A stretch of 64,000 bases of DNA from Squalus acanthias. Taxonomy: Eukaryota. The notes under the pieces are model-generated. The model saw only the letters and a program-made list of their open reading frames with translations, was not told where the DNA came from and did not search any database. Shown here in pieces: positions 39,875-52,086 of this stretch. The stretch covers positions 33,916,001 to 33,980,000 of the forward strand of contig CM059432.1 in assembly GCA_030390025.1 (NCBI GenBank). Direction: 5' to 3'. The position numbers and the translations under genes were made by a program. Positions within the stretch are counted from its first letter, which is position 1; every line of letters starts with the position of its first letter.

Positions 39875-41883
39875 CTATTTGTGCAGTATCCTTCTCTTAC
39901 ACGTGCTCCTACATGGTGGTTCCCCCTTGGCATCAGCAGATGTGGAGGCCCCTTGCTCACTTTCTTGCTGCTCGTGTCTCGACACCTTTGGCGGGCGTCC
40001 TCTGGGGTTGCGAACCTGTGCGGGCTCGGCAACAGTCTGCTGCTCCTGCGGCTGTGCAGGGGTTGAGACGCCAATCTCAGTTGGGTGGGGACTCTGGTGG
40101 GGCTCTGACCGAGGGCTTTGCAGTGGCATGGACGTGTGAGCGCTTGGAGAGGAGCCCCCACTTCCTTGTTCTCTGCCACCAACATCCCTCTCATGGGTCA
40201 GTCCCACCTCAGAGCTAGCAAGTGGCTTGACAGCACCTTGCTGCACTTCAGGGGGGCCATGAGGACTCGGTTCTGTACTGGAAGTCCTACTCCCGAGGAC
40301 TTGCATGAAGGTCTAGTTTGTATGCTCAATAGCTGACCATCGCTCCTCAAGAGATGTAATTCTATTCTGAACAATTACAATGTTTTCCATACCCTGGCGA
40401 CTAAGCTCCTCCATGGACGTAGACATCCTCTCCTCTACCATAGCCATCCTTCCTCTATGGTAGCCAGCCTCACCATGGATGTAGCCATCCCTTCCACGGA
40501 GGTTGCCATCCTTTCCGTGGTGATGCGTTCATGCGCCAATGACTCCACAAAGGCTCTGCTCATGTTCGCGATGGACTCCTCCATTCGCTCCACACTCACA
40601 GCGACCCTGGAGACAAAACCTGCCAGAGACTCCTGCACCTGTTCCTGGAGTTCCAGCACCGCTGTTCTTCTGGATGGACCCAGAGGCAGAGGGTCGACAT
40701 GCAGCTGAGCCGAGCTGGGAGAGTCCTGCACCCTCTGACTAGGATTCTCCACTGCTGTCCCTGTCTCCACCATCTGCTGATGCTCACTTGTGAGCTGTGA
40801 TACACCAGGTGACAACACTACTCTCTCTCACGATGGTCCCACCGAGGTGTGTGTGTCTGCGCTGGTGCTGTGTTGGCTGAATTCTGCTGACGCTGCGCCC
40901 TCAGAGGTTGCAGCTTCCTCTGAGGAGTCTGGAGGCTCAGGCTGGTCCTCCTGGATAGTGGGGACGGGTGCTTGCGATGGTCCTGTGGGGGGAGTAAAGG
41001 AAAGAGTCAGAGATGTGAGGCCAAGGTTACATGCACAGTGCATATTGCAGATGGTCAGAAGTCCATCTGTTAGAGCTTCAGAATCATTATCAGCGACTCA
41101 TGCAATGTCAATGAGAGAGAGATGAAAACTCTTCTGTCACCAGCTTGCTCTGATGCACCCATCTGTCCGTCCCCCACTTGCGCATCGTCCTCGATTCCCA
41201 CGATCACCAGGGCCGCCTCCTCCCAGGGGGTGAGCTGGGCTACTGAGGGTGGCCCTCCTCCTGTCCTTGCTCTTTCCCTCTTATTGTGAGCTCTGTTTTC
41301 CTGCAATGAGGGAGACAAGTGGAGTTTGAGTGAGAATGAAGGAGTGAGTGTAGAGAATCCATAGCATACATGCTTAGAAGGAGTCAAAGATGGAGTGAGG
41401 TGGCAGGACCAAGGGCCCTCCCTGTGTGTTGTAAGTTGTTTTCATAGCATCACAGTGATGGGGAGTGTGAGGGCTGCATAGTCGAATAGTTAGGTGAATG
41501 TGAACATACAGAGAGAGGGATTGGGTAAGGGTGCAGGGATGTCAGTGTCAAGTGGGATGTGGAGGAAGAGATTGCTAAAGCTGAGTGCTGGTGAGGAGAG
41601 GCAATGGGGATCAGATTGAGGGTGATGGGAAAGTCATACTCACTTTTCCAGTGCGCAGAAGGTCATGAAACCTCTTCCTGCACTGAAGCCAGGTTCTGCG
41701 GATCAGCGACAACGAGTTGACCTCCTGTGCCACCTGGACCCACACAGCCTTCGTCTGCTGGGGAGGCTTCTTCCTCCCTGAAGAAGGGAAGAGCACCTCC
41801 TTATTAACTCTTGCTCCCTCCACCAAAGCTTGCAGGGCGACGTCATCAAATCTGGGAGCAGACTTAGGTTTCCTGCTGCTCAT
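39875..41883 (-). pseudogene. Harbinger B Myb/SANT-like protein, three exons (41883-41644, 41300-41141, 40982-39875), with stops and a frameshift in exon 3
   Basis: APRFDDVALQALV...WVQVAQEVN...RTWLQCRKRFHDL|GTGAGT. Exon 2 ENRAHNKRERARTGGG. Intron positions and phases match element A. Confidence 0.87.
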
Positions 41884-42174
41884 TTTGCCTCCAGGTCCCT
41901 CTCACAGCAAAGGACAAAAGGTTGGCAGTCTGCAGAAGAAGCAAGGCTTCTTGCAGACCTTAAATGCAGCAGCAATGATGACGTCATCGGAGGCGACTTT
42001 CAGACTGACAAAACTAATTGGGCCATGGGTTCCCACACGCTGGAACTCAAGTGCTCAATTCGGGGAAACTCTAATAATTCTCCCACTGCGACTTGGAGTC
42101 GGGTGGCTAACACGAAAAGCAGATTAAACGACCCCAGCCCGCCCCAATGACAAAATCGAGCCCAATGACTCTAT

Positions 42175-44693
42175 TAACATCCAGGGTTCCCTGGACATGT
42201 TGGTCTCACCCTTGACCTTTACTGGAACATGTTGGCGCTGTACTCTCTCTATTTCCTTTCTGAATGACTTCCACTGCTCTGATGTGAATTTTCCTACAAG
42301 TAGCTGATCCCAGTCCACTTTGGCCAGATCCTGCCTTATCATATTAAAATCAGCCTTCCCCCAATTTAGAACATTTATTTCCGGTCCATCTTTGTCCTTT
42401 TCCATGACTATCTTAAATCTCACCGAATTATGGTCACTGTCACCAAAATGCTCTCCTACTAACACTTCTACCACTTGCCCGGCTACATTCCCTAGAATTA
42501 CATCCAGTACCGCCCCCTCTCGTGTAGGACTTTCTACATGCTGGCTCAAAAAGCTCTCCTGGATGCACTTTAAGAATTCGGCACCCTCTAAGCCTTTTAC
42601 ACTCTGACTATCCTAGTTAATATTGGGGAAGTTGAAATCCCCTACTATTATTACCCTATTATTTCTACACTTCTCTGAGATTTGCTTACATATTTGTTCC
42701 TCTATCTCCCCCTGACTGCTTGGGGGCCTATAGTACACACCCAGCAAAGTGCTTGCCCCCTTTTTGGTTTTAAGTTCTACCCATATGGCCTCATTAGAGG
42801 AACCTGCTAAGATATCATCCCTCCTTACTGCAGTAATTGACTCCTTGATTAATATTGCGACACTCCCTCCTCTTTTACACCCCCCTCTGTCTCGCCTGAA
42901 GATTCTATACCCTGCAATATTGAGTTGCCAGTCCTGCCCCTCCCTCAACCACGTCTCTGTGATAGCAATAATATCATACTCTCATCAACACCTTCAATTC
43001 ATCTGCCTTACTCGCAAGACTCCTTGCATTAAAATAAATGCCATCCAGCCTTGCCATACTCCCTTGTGCCGTTACATATTTGCTCTGCCTTCCAGACTGA
43101 CTTGTATTTTCCTCTATACTTGGCTGTGCATCATCCCCTACTATAGCTCCACTCCGTATCCCATCCCCCTGCCAAGTTAGTTTAAACCCCCCCCCAGCAC
43201 TAGCAAACCTCCCGCAAGGATGTTGGTCCCTTAAGGTTCAGGTGCAACCCGTCCGACTTTACAGGTCCCACCTTCCCCAGAAGCCGACCCAGTGATCCAG
43301 GAAACTAAAGCCCTCCCTCCTGCACCAACTCTTTAGCCAGGCATTCATCTGCTCTATCCTCCTATTCCTATACTCACCAGCACATGGCACCAGGAGTAAT
43401 CCAGAGATTACAACCTCTGCTTTTTAATCTGCTACCTAGCTCCCTAAATTCTTGTTGCAGGACCTCATCCCTCTTTCTACCCATGTCATTGGTACCAATG
43501 TGAACCACGACCTCTGACTGTTCGCCCTCCCCCTTCAGAATGCCCTGCAGCCATTCAGTGACATCCTTGACCCTGGCACCAGGGAGGCAACATACCATCC
43601 TGGAGTCACGTCTGCGGCCACAGAAACATCTATTTGTTCCCCTTACGATAGAATCCCCTAGCACTATTGCTCTCCCATTCTTTTTCCTCCTCTCCTGTGC
43701 AGCTGAGCCACTCATAGTGCCACGGACTTGGCTCTTGCTGCATTCCCCTGAGAAACCATCTCCCCCATCAGTATCCAAATTGGAAAATCTGTCGAGAGGG
43801 GAGATGGACCCAGGGGACTTCTGCACTACCTTCCTAGTTCTTTTACTCTGTCTGGCGGTCACCCATTCCCTGTCTGCCTGTGCACTCTTTACCTGCGATG
43901 TGACCACCTTGTTAAACGTGCTATCCATGAAGATTTCAGCTTCGTGGATGCTCCACAGTGACTCCAGCCACAGCTCCAGCTCCAAAACGCAGATTTCGAG
44001 TAGCTGCAGCTGGAGCCACTTCCTGCACATGTGTTCGCCCTGGACACCTAAAGTGTCCCTGACTTCCCACATAGCACAGGAGGAGCACTCCACACTGCCG
44101 AGCTGCCCTGCCATGTCCTACCCTTAATTTACTCCCTTTAAATTAAAGAATATTAAATACACTAGGGACCTTATTTTCCTTTAAACACTACTTACTCTAA
44201 ACTAGAGACCTTACTTTTACTTTAATGACTGGAATGTAGAAATACTGTAGAAATACTCACCACTGGTTCTCTGTCCCCTCTTGTGCAGCTTTTTAGCTCC
44301 TGATCTCCTGGAAGCTGACAAAGATGGAAAAAGAAAGGAACACCGCCACTCACCAAACTCATAGCTTAACACTCTGTTCCAATCTACACTCTGTGACAAA
44401 CTGCACTCTAGCCTCCCTTATTTATACTGCTGAGATTTAAATAATTGAACTCTCTGGCAGTTACAGAACCAGATTAGACCACTTAATTAATTAAGTACTC
44501 TCACCTGCTCTCCAGCACAGAGCTTGCTTAGCCCTGCCCAAGCCTGGAAGAAACTTAAAACTTGAAACAGTAAATTTAAATACTAATTGCAAGCACACAA
44601 GACTAGAATTTATAAAAATAAGAGATTAACCTTTAAGATTTACTCCCTCACTCACCAAACTCGCAGCTTAACACTCTGTTCCGATCTGCACTC
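42175..44693 (-). mobile_element. CR1 LINE of the same family as 28050-32676, with 5' UTR, ORF1 and EN intact but 3'-truncated
   Basis: ORFs 43374-44114, 42613-42948 and 42124-42549 are near-identical to the + copy proteins. Homology stops at REPWM, equivalent to about 30690. Confidence 0.94.
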
Positions 44694-44714
44694 TATTCTA
44701 TGATTCTATGATTC

Positions 44715-44840
44715 GTCTTGCTCAGATCCAAAATGGATGACCTCACGTTGAACTCTATCTGCCAGAGTGCTGCCTGCTCACTTAGTCTGTCTACGTCCCT
44801 TTGTACCTCCCTGCTCCCATCTACAGAACTTACTGTGCAG
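44715..44840 (-). mobile_element. Old CR1 RT fragment, preceded by an orphan + strand (ATTCTATG)n tail at 44694-44714
   Basis: VSSVDGSREVQRDVDRLSEQAALWQIEFNV. Confidence 0.65.
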
Positions 44841-45424
44841 TGGTGGGTCAGATACAGCATGCGACAGCTGCAGACTAAATAAAGCTCTTGATACATACAC
44901 GCTCTGCATGATTAGGCCTGTCACTTAGAGCTGCCCATTCAGCTCCAATTATTCCTGCGCACCAATACCCTAACATGTAGGTTGCCCATAAATGGACAAG
45001 CAGCGGAAAGCTGACCAGTGCATTGTAATTTGTTAAATCCCCTACACTGATTCCGGCAGGCACTTGGGGGTCCCCAAGCCTCTGGTCTGCCAAGCTGCTG
45101 CTAAGCTTTTGGGATTTGGGTAAGTGGAGAGTGTCTCTAATGGAAGGACAATATCTATATCGGGCAAACAAAAACTCTACTCACTTAGTTGGCTTCTGTT
45201 GTGGAGCCTCGGCCACCGGTAGCGACCACCAATGCTGGAACAGCTCTGATTTCCCCCTCTCCCCCCATTTCTTTCTTCTCTCCAAAGAAAGCATTTGCAA
45301 ATCCTACAGCTTGGAGTGAAGAGGCTGTGAAGGATGAAAGAGAAATATAGAAAACAGAAAGAGGGAGAAAAATAGAGCAAGACATGGATGGGAGAGAATA
45401 ACAAAATACATTAATACCACTTAG

Positions 45425-45960
45425 CCATCTCTTTTTGCCTGGATGACCTAGCCTCCTAGACCCTGGCACCAGGGAGGCAACATACCATCCTGGAGTCACG
45501 TCTGCGGCCGCAGAAACGCCTGTCTGCACCCCTCACTATTGAGTCTCCTACCACTATTGCCCTTCCACTCTTACTCCTCCCACCTTGTGCAGCTGAGCCA
45601 CCCACAGTGCCGTGAACTTGGCTCTGGCTGCACTCCCCAGAGGAACCGTCACTTTCACCGTTTTCCAACACAGAAAAACGGTTGTTGAGTGAGATGCACT
45701 CTGGGGCTTTCCTGACTACCTGCCTGCCCCCCCTTCTTCTGACTGGTGGTCACCCATTCCCTCTCTGGCTGCACTTTCTTAAGCTGCGAGGTGACCACAT
45801 CTAAAAATGTGCTATCCACGTAACTCTCAGCCTCGCGGATACACCGCAGTGCCTCCAGCTGACGCTCGAGTTCCGAAAACCAGATCTCAAGTTGGCCAAA
45901 CCGTTGGCACTTACTGCACATGTGGTCATCCTGACTGCAAGACACCTCACACCTTGCACA
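45425..45960 (-). mobile_element. CR1 ORF1 fragment of a diverged subfamily
   Basis: HMCSKC...ELERQLEALR and GRAIVVGDSIVRGADRRFCG...CCLPGARV. Confidence 0.85.
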
Positions 45961-46149
45961 CAATGACAGCTATTCAACTATGGCAAGCACAAGGGTCATT
46001 AGTTATTAGAATGAATGTGATATGTGTAATATGTTTATTAATGGAGTTTGCAATATTTTGAGGTCTCTCTCATTCCACCTTTGCGGACAGGAAGACGCTG
46101 TGATTTGGCATGACACAGGGATGGTATGATGGGGATCTGGTGAGCAAAA

Positions 46150-46940
46150 GGGATCTGGGGTTTAAGTCATCCTGGTGTGAGGCTGGAGGTCTGTTTGGAG
46201 GAGGTGCCAGTGTTCTGTGACCGCCGCCTTGGTGATGCAGAGCCATCTAATACATTGCTCCTTGCTTAATTGAAGGTAGCAGACGTGCTATCGGAATACG
46301 CTCAGAAGGTAAGGCCTCCTGGTGAGAGCCCTGATGTCCCTCCTCACCCCTCTGTGCACATGTTCCTGCATTTCTTGCTGCCTACGCTCCCTACTCCATA
46401 CATCCTGGAGGGCGAGGTGGCATGCTAGTACAGCCCCCATTAATGTTGTCAAGTGTAGCAGTTTGAATCTTTGAACAATAAATGTAGCTACTTTGTAGTT
46501 GCCAGAAGACTGCTGATACAAAAGAAGCTTGAAATTACTCATAGAAACTGTTCAGTGGCTGAAACTGACAAGAAACCACTGAAACTATCCTGCCCTGACA
46601 GCTGGGAGTGATTAATGCTGATGATTTAAATAACGTCGCTGGAGCCAGCTTCCTGGAGCTGCATGCCAGCTCTCCCTGTCGCTGTCTGGTCGAGGCACTA
46701 AGGTAAGTGGCGACAATGAATTTTCTAGATCAGGCGGTCAGTGAGCGTTGCATGCTCACTGACGTCACGAACTGTTTGCCGTTGAAGTCCCCGGTGGTAC
46801 CTCATACTGACGGCGCAACGGGGGTGCCAAATTTGCCATGCGGCGTTGGATTCGCCTTGCCCCAGCGCTACTGCATCAGCGCTGTGTTACTGCCATCTGC
46901 TGGCACTAACGGGAGGAGCTAAAGTACTGAATTTTTCCCC
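46150..46940 (-). mobile_element. Harbinger D fragment: TIR end plus decayed transposase N-terminus (ATG at 46440)
   Basis: CTGAATTTTTCCCC ends at 46940. MGAVLACHL...RRPY..VFR parallels transposase A MGAALIG...RRAYPPRVYR. Confidence 0.65.
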
Positions 46941-47595
46941 TATGTCTCTTGCTAATTTACTCTCATATTCTTTTTTCACATTCCTTATCAATTTCTTGGT
47001 CCTCCTTTGCTGAATTATAAAATCCTCCCAATCCTCAGGCTTACTACTTTTTTTGGCAACATTATAAGCCTCTTCCTTTGATCTAATACTATCTTTAACT
47101 TCTCTTGTTAGCCACGGTTGGACCAGTTTTCCTGTGGGGTTTTTGTGCCTTAAAGGAATGTATATTTGTTGTAAATTATGTATTAACTCTTTAAATGCTA
47201 GCCATTGCTTGTCTACCATCATACCTTTTAATGTAGGTTCCCAATCTACCTTAGCCAACTCGCCCCTCATACCTATGTAATTTGCTTTGTTTAGATTTAA
47301 GACCCTAGTTTCAGACTTAACTAAATCGCTTCCAAACTCAATATAAAATTCTCTCATATTATGGTCACTCTTCCCTAAAGGCCCCTTTACTACAAGGTTA
47401 TTAATTAACCCTTTCTCATTGCACAATACTAGATCTAAAATAACTTGTTCCCTAGTTGATTCGTCAACATACTGATCCAGAAAACTATCTTGTATACATT
47501 CCACGAACTCATACTCCACACTATTACTGCAAGTTTGGTTTGCCCAGTCTATATGTAGATTAAAGTCCCCCATGATTACTGTATTACCCTTGTTA
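46941..47595 (-). mobile_element. CR1 ORF2 endonuclease fragment
   Basis: ORF 46887-47573: MGDFNLHIDW...LDLVLCN...SDHN...PWLT. Confidence 0.9.
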
Positions 47596-48019
47596 CCTCT
47601 TTACCTACACATCAGAGAACCTGGGTGTAGCCCTCTGCCTCTGTGCAGTCATTATCAGTGTTTGCAGCACTCCAATGTTGTAGTGCACTGGCAGCACTAT
47701 GTTAGATTAAACTTCAAATGTAATGTGGCCATGGTCCCTTTAAAGATCCTGGTTGAAAATGCGTCATGAATGACATCACCAGACCCGCTCCATCTAATTG
47801 GGCCATGAAACACGCTGGGCAGGCTTAATAGGCCCCATTAAGGTAAGTTCATTTTCAACAGCAGGATGGAGCCAGCAGCAAGTTCATGATTCGCCACGGA
47901 CACCGCTTGCACTGGACCCACCGAAGTAGGTAAAATTCCAGCCATAGAGGTCAGAGTGGGAGTGGGACGGAGAATAAAAATGATAGGCAACCGGAAGCTT
48001 GGGGTCACACTTGCGGCCA

Positions 48020-50005
48020 TTGTCTGCTTGGACTTCCAAAAAGCTTTTGACAAAGTACCTCACAAAAATCTTCACTACAAGACCAAAGCCTCTGGTATTA
48101 GGGGTAATATATTGAGATGGATTGAGAACTGGCTGGAAGGCAGTAGGCAGAAGCAAGTTATAGATGGATTTGGAAAGCGGCCACCAGTGGCGTCCCACAT
48201 GGATCGGTGTTGGGACTGTTACGCTTTACTATTTTTATTAATGATCTAGATGTAGTTGTTGGGGGCATGATTTGCAAATTTGCAGATGGTATGTAGATTT
48301 GTGTGATTGTTAGGACTGTAGACAATGCTCGACTGCTTCAGGCAGATCTTGACATGCTGGGAGATTGGGCTCGTGACTGGCAAATGATGTTTAACTTGGA
48401 TAAGTGCAGTGTTTTGCATGTGGGAAGGGTGAATGCTCAAAATACATAGGGGGAATAATTCGGTTGCTTTGCGCCTCCCGTTAGCGCCCTAAGAGGGAAA
48501 TTCAGCGGGAGGTTAGCGGCGGCGGCAACCGGTAACTCACCGTGGCGCTGGGCTGCTGTCCGCAGTGCCCCGCTCGCGCCTCGGCCGCGATCTTTCGGAG
48601 CGCCCCCTGACTTACTGCCGGACACTATGTCCGACGGGGTCAGGGGGGCCTACCTACGGCCGGGGAGGCACTATTTAAAGGCGAGGTGCGGGGCGGCCAT
48701 TTTTGTTGCTGGCCACCTGCCAGCACCTGCCTCCGCTCCCATCCGCGGCCTCCTTACCCGCCCCTCCCCGCGGAGTGCCGGCTGCTTGAGTGCCGGGCTC
48801 TTTTGCCAGCACTCCCGATCCCCGGGGACCCAGCTGGGCCCTGGGTCACACTGCGCAAGACCCCTCCCCTTTAAGAAGGGGAAGAAGGCCTGCAATACCG
48901 CGGCGCGACATGCCGCGGCACATGGCGCTGCGGCACGTAGCACCGCGATATTCCCTCGCAGCGCCCCAAGAGGGTAACGGGGCGCTTCCAGTAGCACCCC
49001 ACTACCCTCTTGGGGCGCTACCACTCAATTTCCATTGCGGGGGCACTAATGTTTCCGGGGTAGCGCCCCAGCGAAGTTAGCATCCCAAAGGGGGCGCTAC
49101 TCAATTTTTAGCCCATACACCCTTCAGGGAAAAGCATTGAAGCATATGGAGAAAGGATGAGATCTGGGCATTCTAAATGTTCATGAGCAATGCCATGAAG
49201 CGATAGCTAGAGTGAACAGGGAGTTGGGGTGCATTTATAGGACAATTGACTATAAGACAAAGCATACTATTTTGTCCTTGTACAAGACCTTGGACAGGCC
49301 TCAGTTAGAATACTGTGTCCAGTATTGCTCTCCTCACATGGTAGGTGATATTGAAGCTTTGAAAATAGTGCAGTGGAGAGCAACTAGATTAGTTCCCAGT
49401 TGAAAGCATCTTAGTTATCAAGATAGGCTAAAAGAGCTGGGACTCTTCACTTTAGAGAAGCGTAGACTTAGGGTTGATCTGATCGAGTTTTATAAGAGGA
49501 TGAAGAAATTTCGAGTTTAAGTTCGTTCCAATTAAATAGGTTAAGGAGGACCAGGGGGTCACAATTTCAAGATATTTAAGGCTTAAGGCTAGAACTAGGT
49601 TAGATGTCAGGATGTGGTTCCTTTCCCAGAGAATAGTGGACCTTTGGAACAGGCTGCCGGCTCATGCGGTGAATGCCAATTCGTTGAATTACTTCAAGTG
49701 AGAGCTGGGCCTGTTTCTGGCTGGGGCGGAGACCACCTCATACAGAAGGTAGGTACTGCAGGGAATTCAGCGCCAGAATAATCTCCTGAACTAGCTTCGA
49801 TCACCTAGGGATATCGGGGAGGAATTTCCCAGATTTTCTTTTCCCCAAATTGGTTTGGGTTTTTATCTGCTTTTCTGCAGATAACATGGTTTTGGGTAGG
49901 GTGGGGACTGTATATATTGTGATACACAAGGTATCAGAATTGCAGGGGACAGCTGGATGGACCAGATGGTCTTTTCCTCTCCATCATTGTTCATGTGTTC
50001 GTATA
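48020..50005 (+). mobile_element. Old CR1 RT, C-terminus and 3' UTR, interrupted by a MITE
   Basis: LDFQKAFDKVPH, KFAD, LYKTLDRPQLEYCVQ and [10 protein letters not shown]. Confidence 0.85.
48449..49114. mobile_element. GC-rich Harbinger-type MITE (666 bp)
   Basis: TIRs GGGGGAATAATT / AATTTTTAGCCC with perfect ATA TSD. The subterminal GGTTGC..GCGCCTCCCGTTAGCGCC is shared with element A. Confidence 0.85.
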
Positions 50006-50014
50006 TTATAAAAA

Positions 50015-51285
50015 AGTTATAGAGGCTCTGGTGAAGGTGCAAAAAGGATTTACAAGGATGATCCCAGAACTGAGAGGTTATACCTATCAGGAAAGATTGA
50101 ACAATCTGGAGCTCTTTTCTGTAGAAAGGAGAAGACTGAGGGGGTGACCTGATAGAGATCTATAAGTTTATGAAAGGTTTTGATAGGGTAGATTTGGAGA
50201 AGATGGGCAGGATTTTCCAATCGGAGGCTTCCTGCGTGCGAATGCCTCCGATCTGGAAAAATCTACGAACTTACCCTGCTGGCTCCGTGGGTCCCGAAAC
50301 TTCCGCTCCTGGGCCTCTCCTGGTGCGCGCGCGCAGAGACCCAGGTATCCCAGAGGCGCAGGTGGTTCGCAAGTGTCCCTGGGATCACGTGGGCCATGGG
50401 GAACCAATCAAAGAAGGGAATCCCCCTTCACACTTTTGACAGGTCTCTCCGCATATATCTGTCAAAAGTATGAATGGGGATCACTCAAAAAATACACTAA
50501 AACGTTAAATAAATTTTTTTTAAATCACGTATTTAAAATGAGTTAAAATTACATTAAATTAAATATTTTAAACAAAAATTTAATTTTTTGAAAAAAATAA
50601 TTCAAGTTTTTTACGGGGCTAAAAATAAACTTACCTTTTTTTAAAGTATTTTAAAATTACAAATGAGTGAAATAAAATTATTTTTTTACTTTTTTAAAGG
50701 CTTTTGCTGGTAAAAGCAGGCCTTACGCTTTACTGCTTTTACCAGGCGTAAGATTTATAAAGGTTTTCAGCGGTGGGAGGTTGTGCAGAAAGCGGAACTC
50801 TCCACCCGCAGAGGCCCTTCTCCCGGGCAGGCGGAGGATCTGTCAAGAGAACAGATCGGAAGTGCCGGTTTTCAGCGCATGCGCTCCGCACTTGCGAGGC
50901 CCCTATGGGTGTGTACACACCTTGTACACACCTGTGAGGGTCGGAAAATACGGGCCGATATTTCCAATTGTGGGGGAGATCAAAACTGAGGGCTATAAAT
51001 ATAAGGTAGTCACTAATAAATCCAATAGGGAGTTCAGCAGAAACCTCTTTACCCAGTGAGTGTTTAGAATGTTGAACACGCTGCCACAAGGAATAGTTGA
51101 GGTGAGTAGCATAGCTGCATTTAAGGGGAAGCTCGATAAATGCATGAGGGAGAAAGGAATAGACGGTTATGCTGATAGGGTTAGATGAAGAGAGGTGCGA
51201 GGAGGCTTATGTGGAGCATAAACACTGGCATAGGCAAGTTGGGCTGAATGGCCTGTTTCTGTGCTGTAAATTCTATGTCATTCTA
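50015..51285 (+). mobile_element. CR1 3' end with tail, interrupted by a MITE
   Basis: FTRMIPELRG.TYQERL..LELFSVERRRLRGDLIE, followed by a TTCTATG tail. Confidence 0.85.
50205..50956. mobile_element. Harbinger-type MITE (752 bp) with AT-rich core
   Basis: Imperfect TIRs GGGCAGGATTTTCC / GGAAAATACGGGCC with GAT TSD. Removing it restores CR1 EKIFPIVG. Confidence 0.8.
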
Positions 51286-51289
51286 TGTG

Positions 51290-51705
51290 TAAACTTGACT
51301 TGTATTTCCTTGAGTTTAGAAAGCTGAGGGGTGATTTAATCAAGGTATTTAAAATGATAAAGGGATTCAATATAGTAGATACAGAGAAACTATTTTCTCT
51401 GGTGGGGGAATTCAGAATTAGAGCAAACAATCTTAAAATTCGAGCTAGGCCGTTCAGGAGTGAAATCAGGAAGCACTTTTTCACACAAAGGGTGGTGGAA
51501 ATCTGGAACTCTCCCCCCCCATAATGGCTGTGGATGGTGGGACAATTGAAATTTTCAAGACTGAGATCGATAGATTTTTGTTGGGTAAGGGTATCAAGGG
51601 ATATAGAGCAACGGCGGGTAAATGGAGTTGTGGTACAGATCAGCCTTGATCTAATTGAATGACGGAAAAGGCTAGAGGGGCTGAGTGGCCTACTCCAATT
51701 CCTTT
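51290..51705 (+). mobile_element. CR1 3' fragment
   Basis: LYFLEFRKLRGDLIKVFK...FFTQRVVEIWNS. The 3' UTR resembles that of 21904-22100. Confidence 0.85.
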
Positions 51706-52086
51706 GACTAAAAATTTGAAACTTAGCGTTTTTTAATTCCAAGTGTAATGTTGCAGCTTCTGTCATCAGAAAGTAGACAGGCCTCCTTGCGTAGAAATGC
51801 AGTTGGCATGGCAATAGCTAAGACTGCTCTAATCTCTTGCACAAAGCTCACTACCTGCTGTGTTCCTTCGATATACTCGGTATAATATTGCCTCATACAA
51901 CACAGACATTCCTAACTTGATGGCTTAACCCTTAAAATATCCGTTGCTGCTTTGTGCTGTAACTGTATGGAGTTCCTGTTTAGTCAGCAGCTTAAGGCTT
52001 TTCTTGTCAATATTTGACTCACGTACAGAGTCCCTTTGCTGCTGCTGGTCCATCACCCTTCCTTTTTTTACGTGTCCCGATTCTAA

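Larger units (their letters stand above)
33580..42163. mobile_element. PIF/Harbinger transposon B, complete two-gene structure, containing nested element A
   Basis: TIRs GGGCTGGATTTTGCCA / TGACAAAATCGAGCCC with flanks TAT/AAT inside the CR1 tail. Convergent transposase (+) and Myb/SANT-like (-) genes. Confidence 0.9.

Noticed and set aside
34265..41883. Domesticated host genes HARBI1 and NAIF1/MSANTD
   Set aside because: The genes are bounded by TIRs and TSDs and carry stops and frameshifts, so they are transposon copies.
21565..46940. Harbinger C left end and D right end as one giant nested element
   Set aside because: Gene orientations would fit, but the flanks are different CR1 segments on opposite strands and no TSD is evident.
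48449..49114. CpG-island promoter with GC-rich ORFs
   Set aside because: It is a TIR- and TSD-bounded MITE inside a CR1 reading frame.
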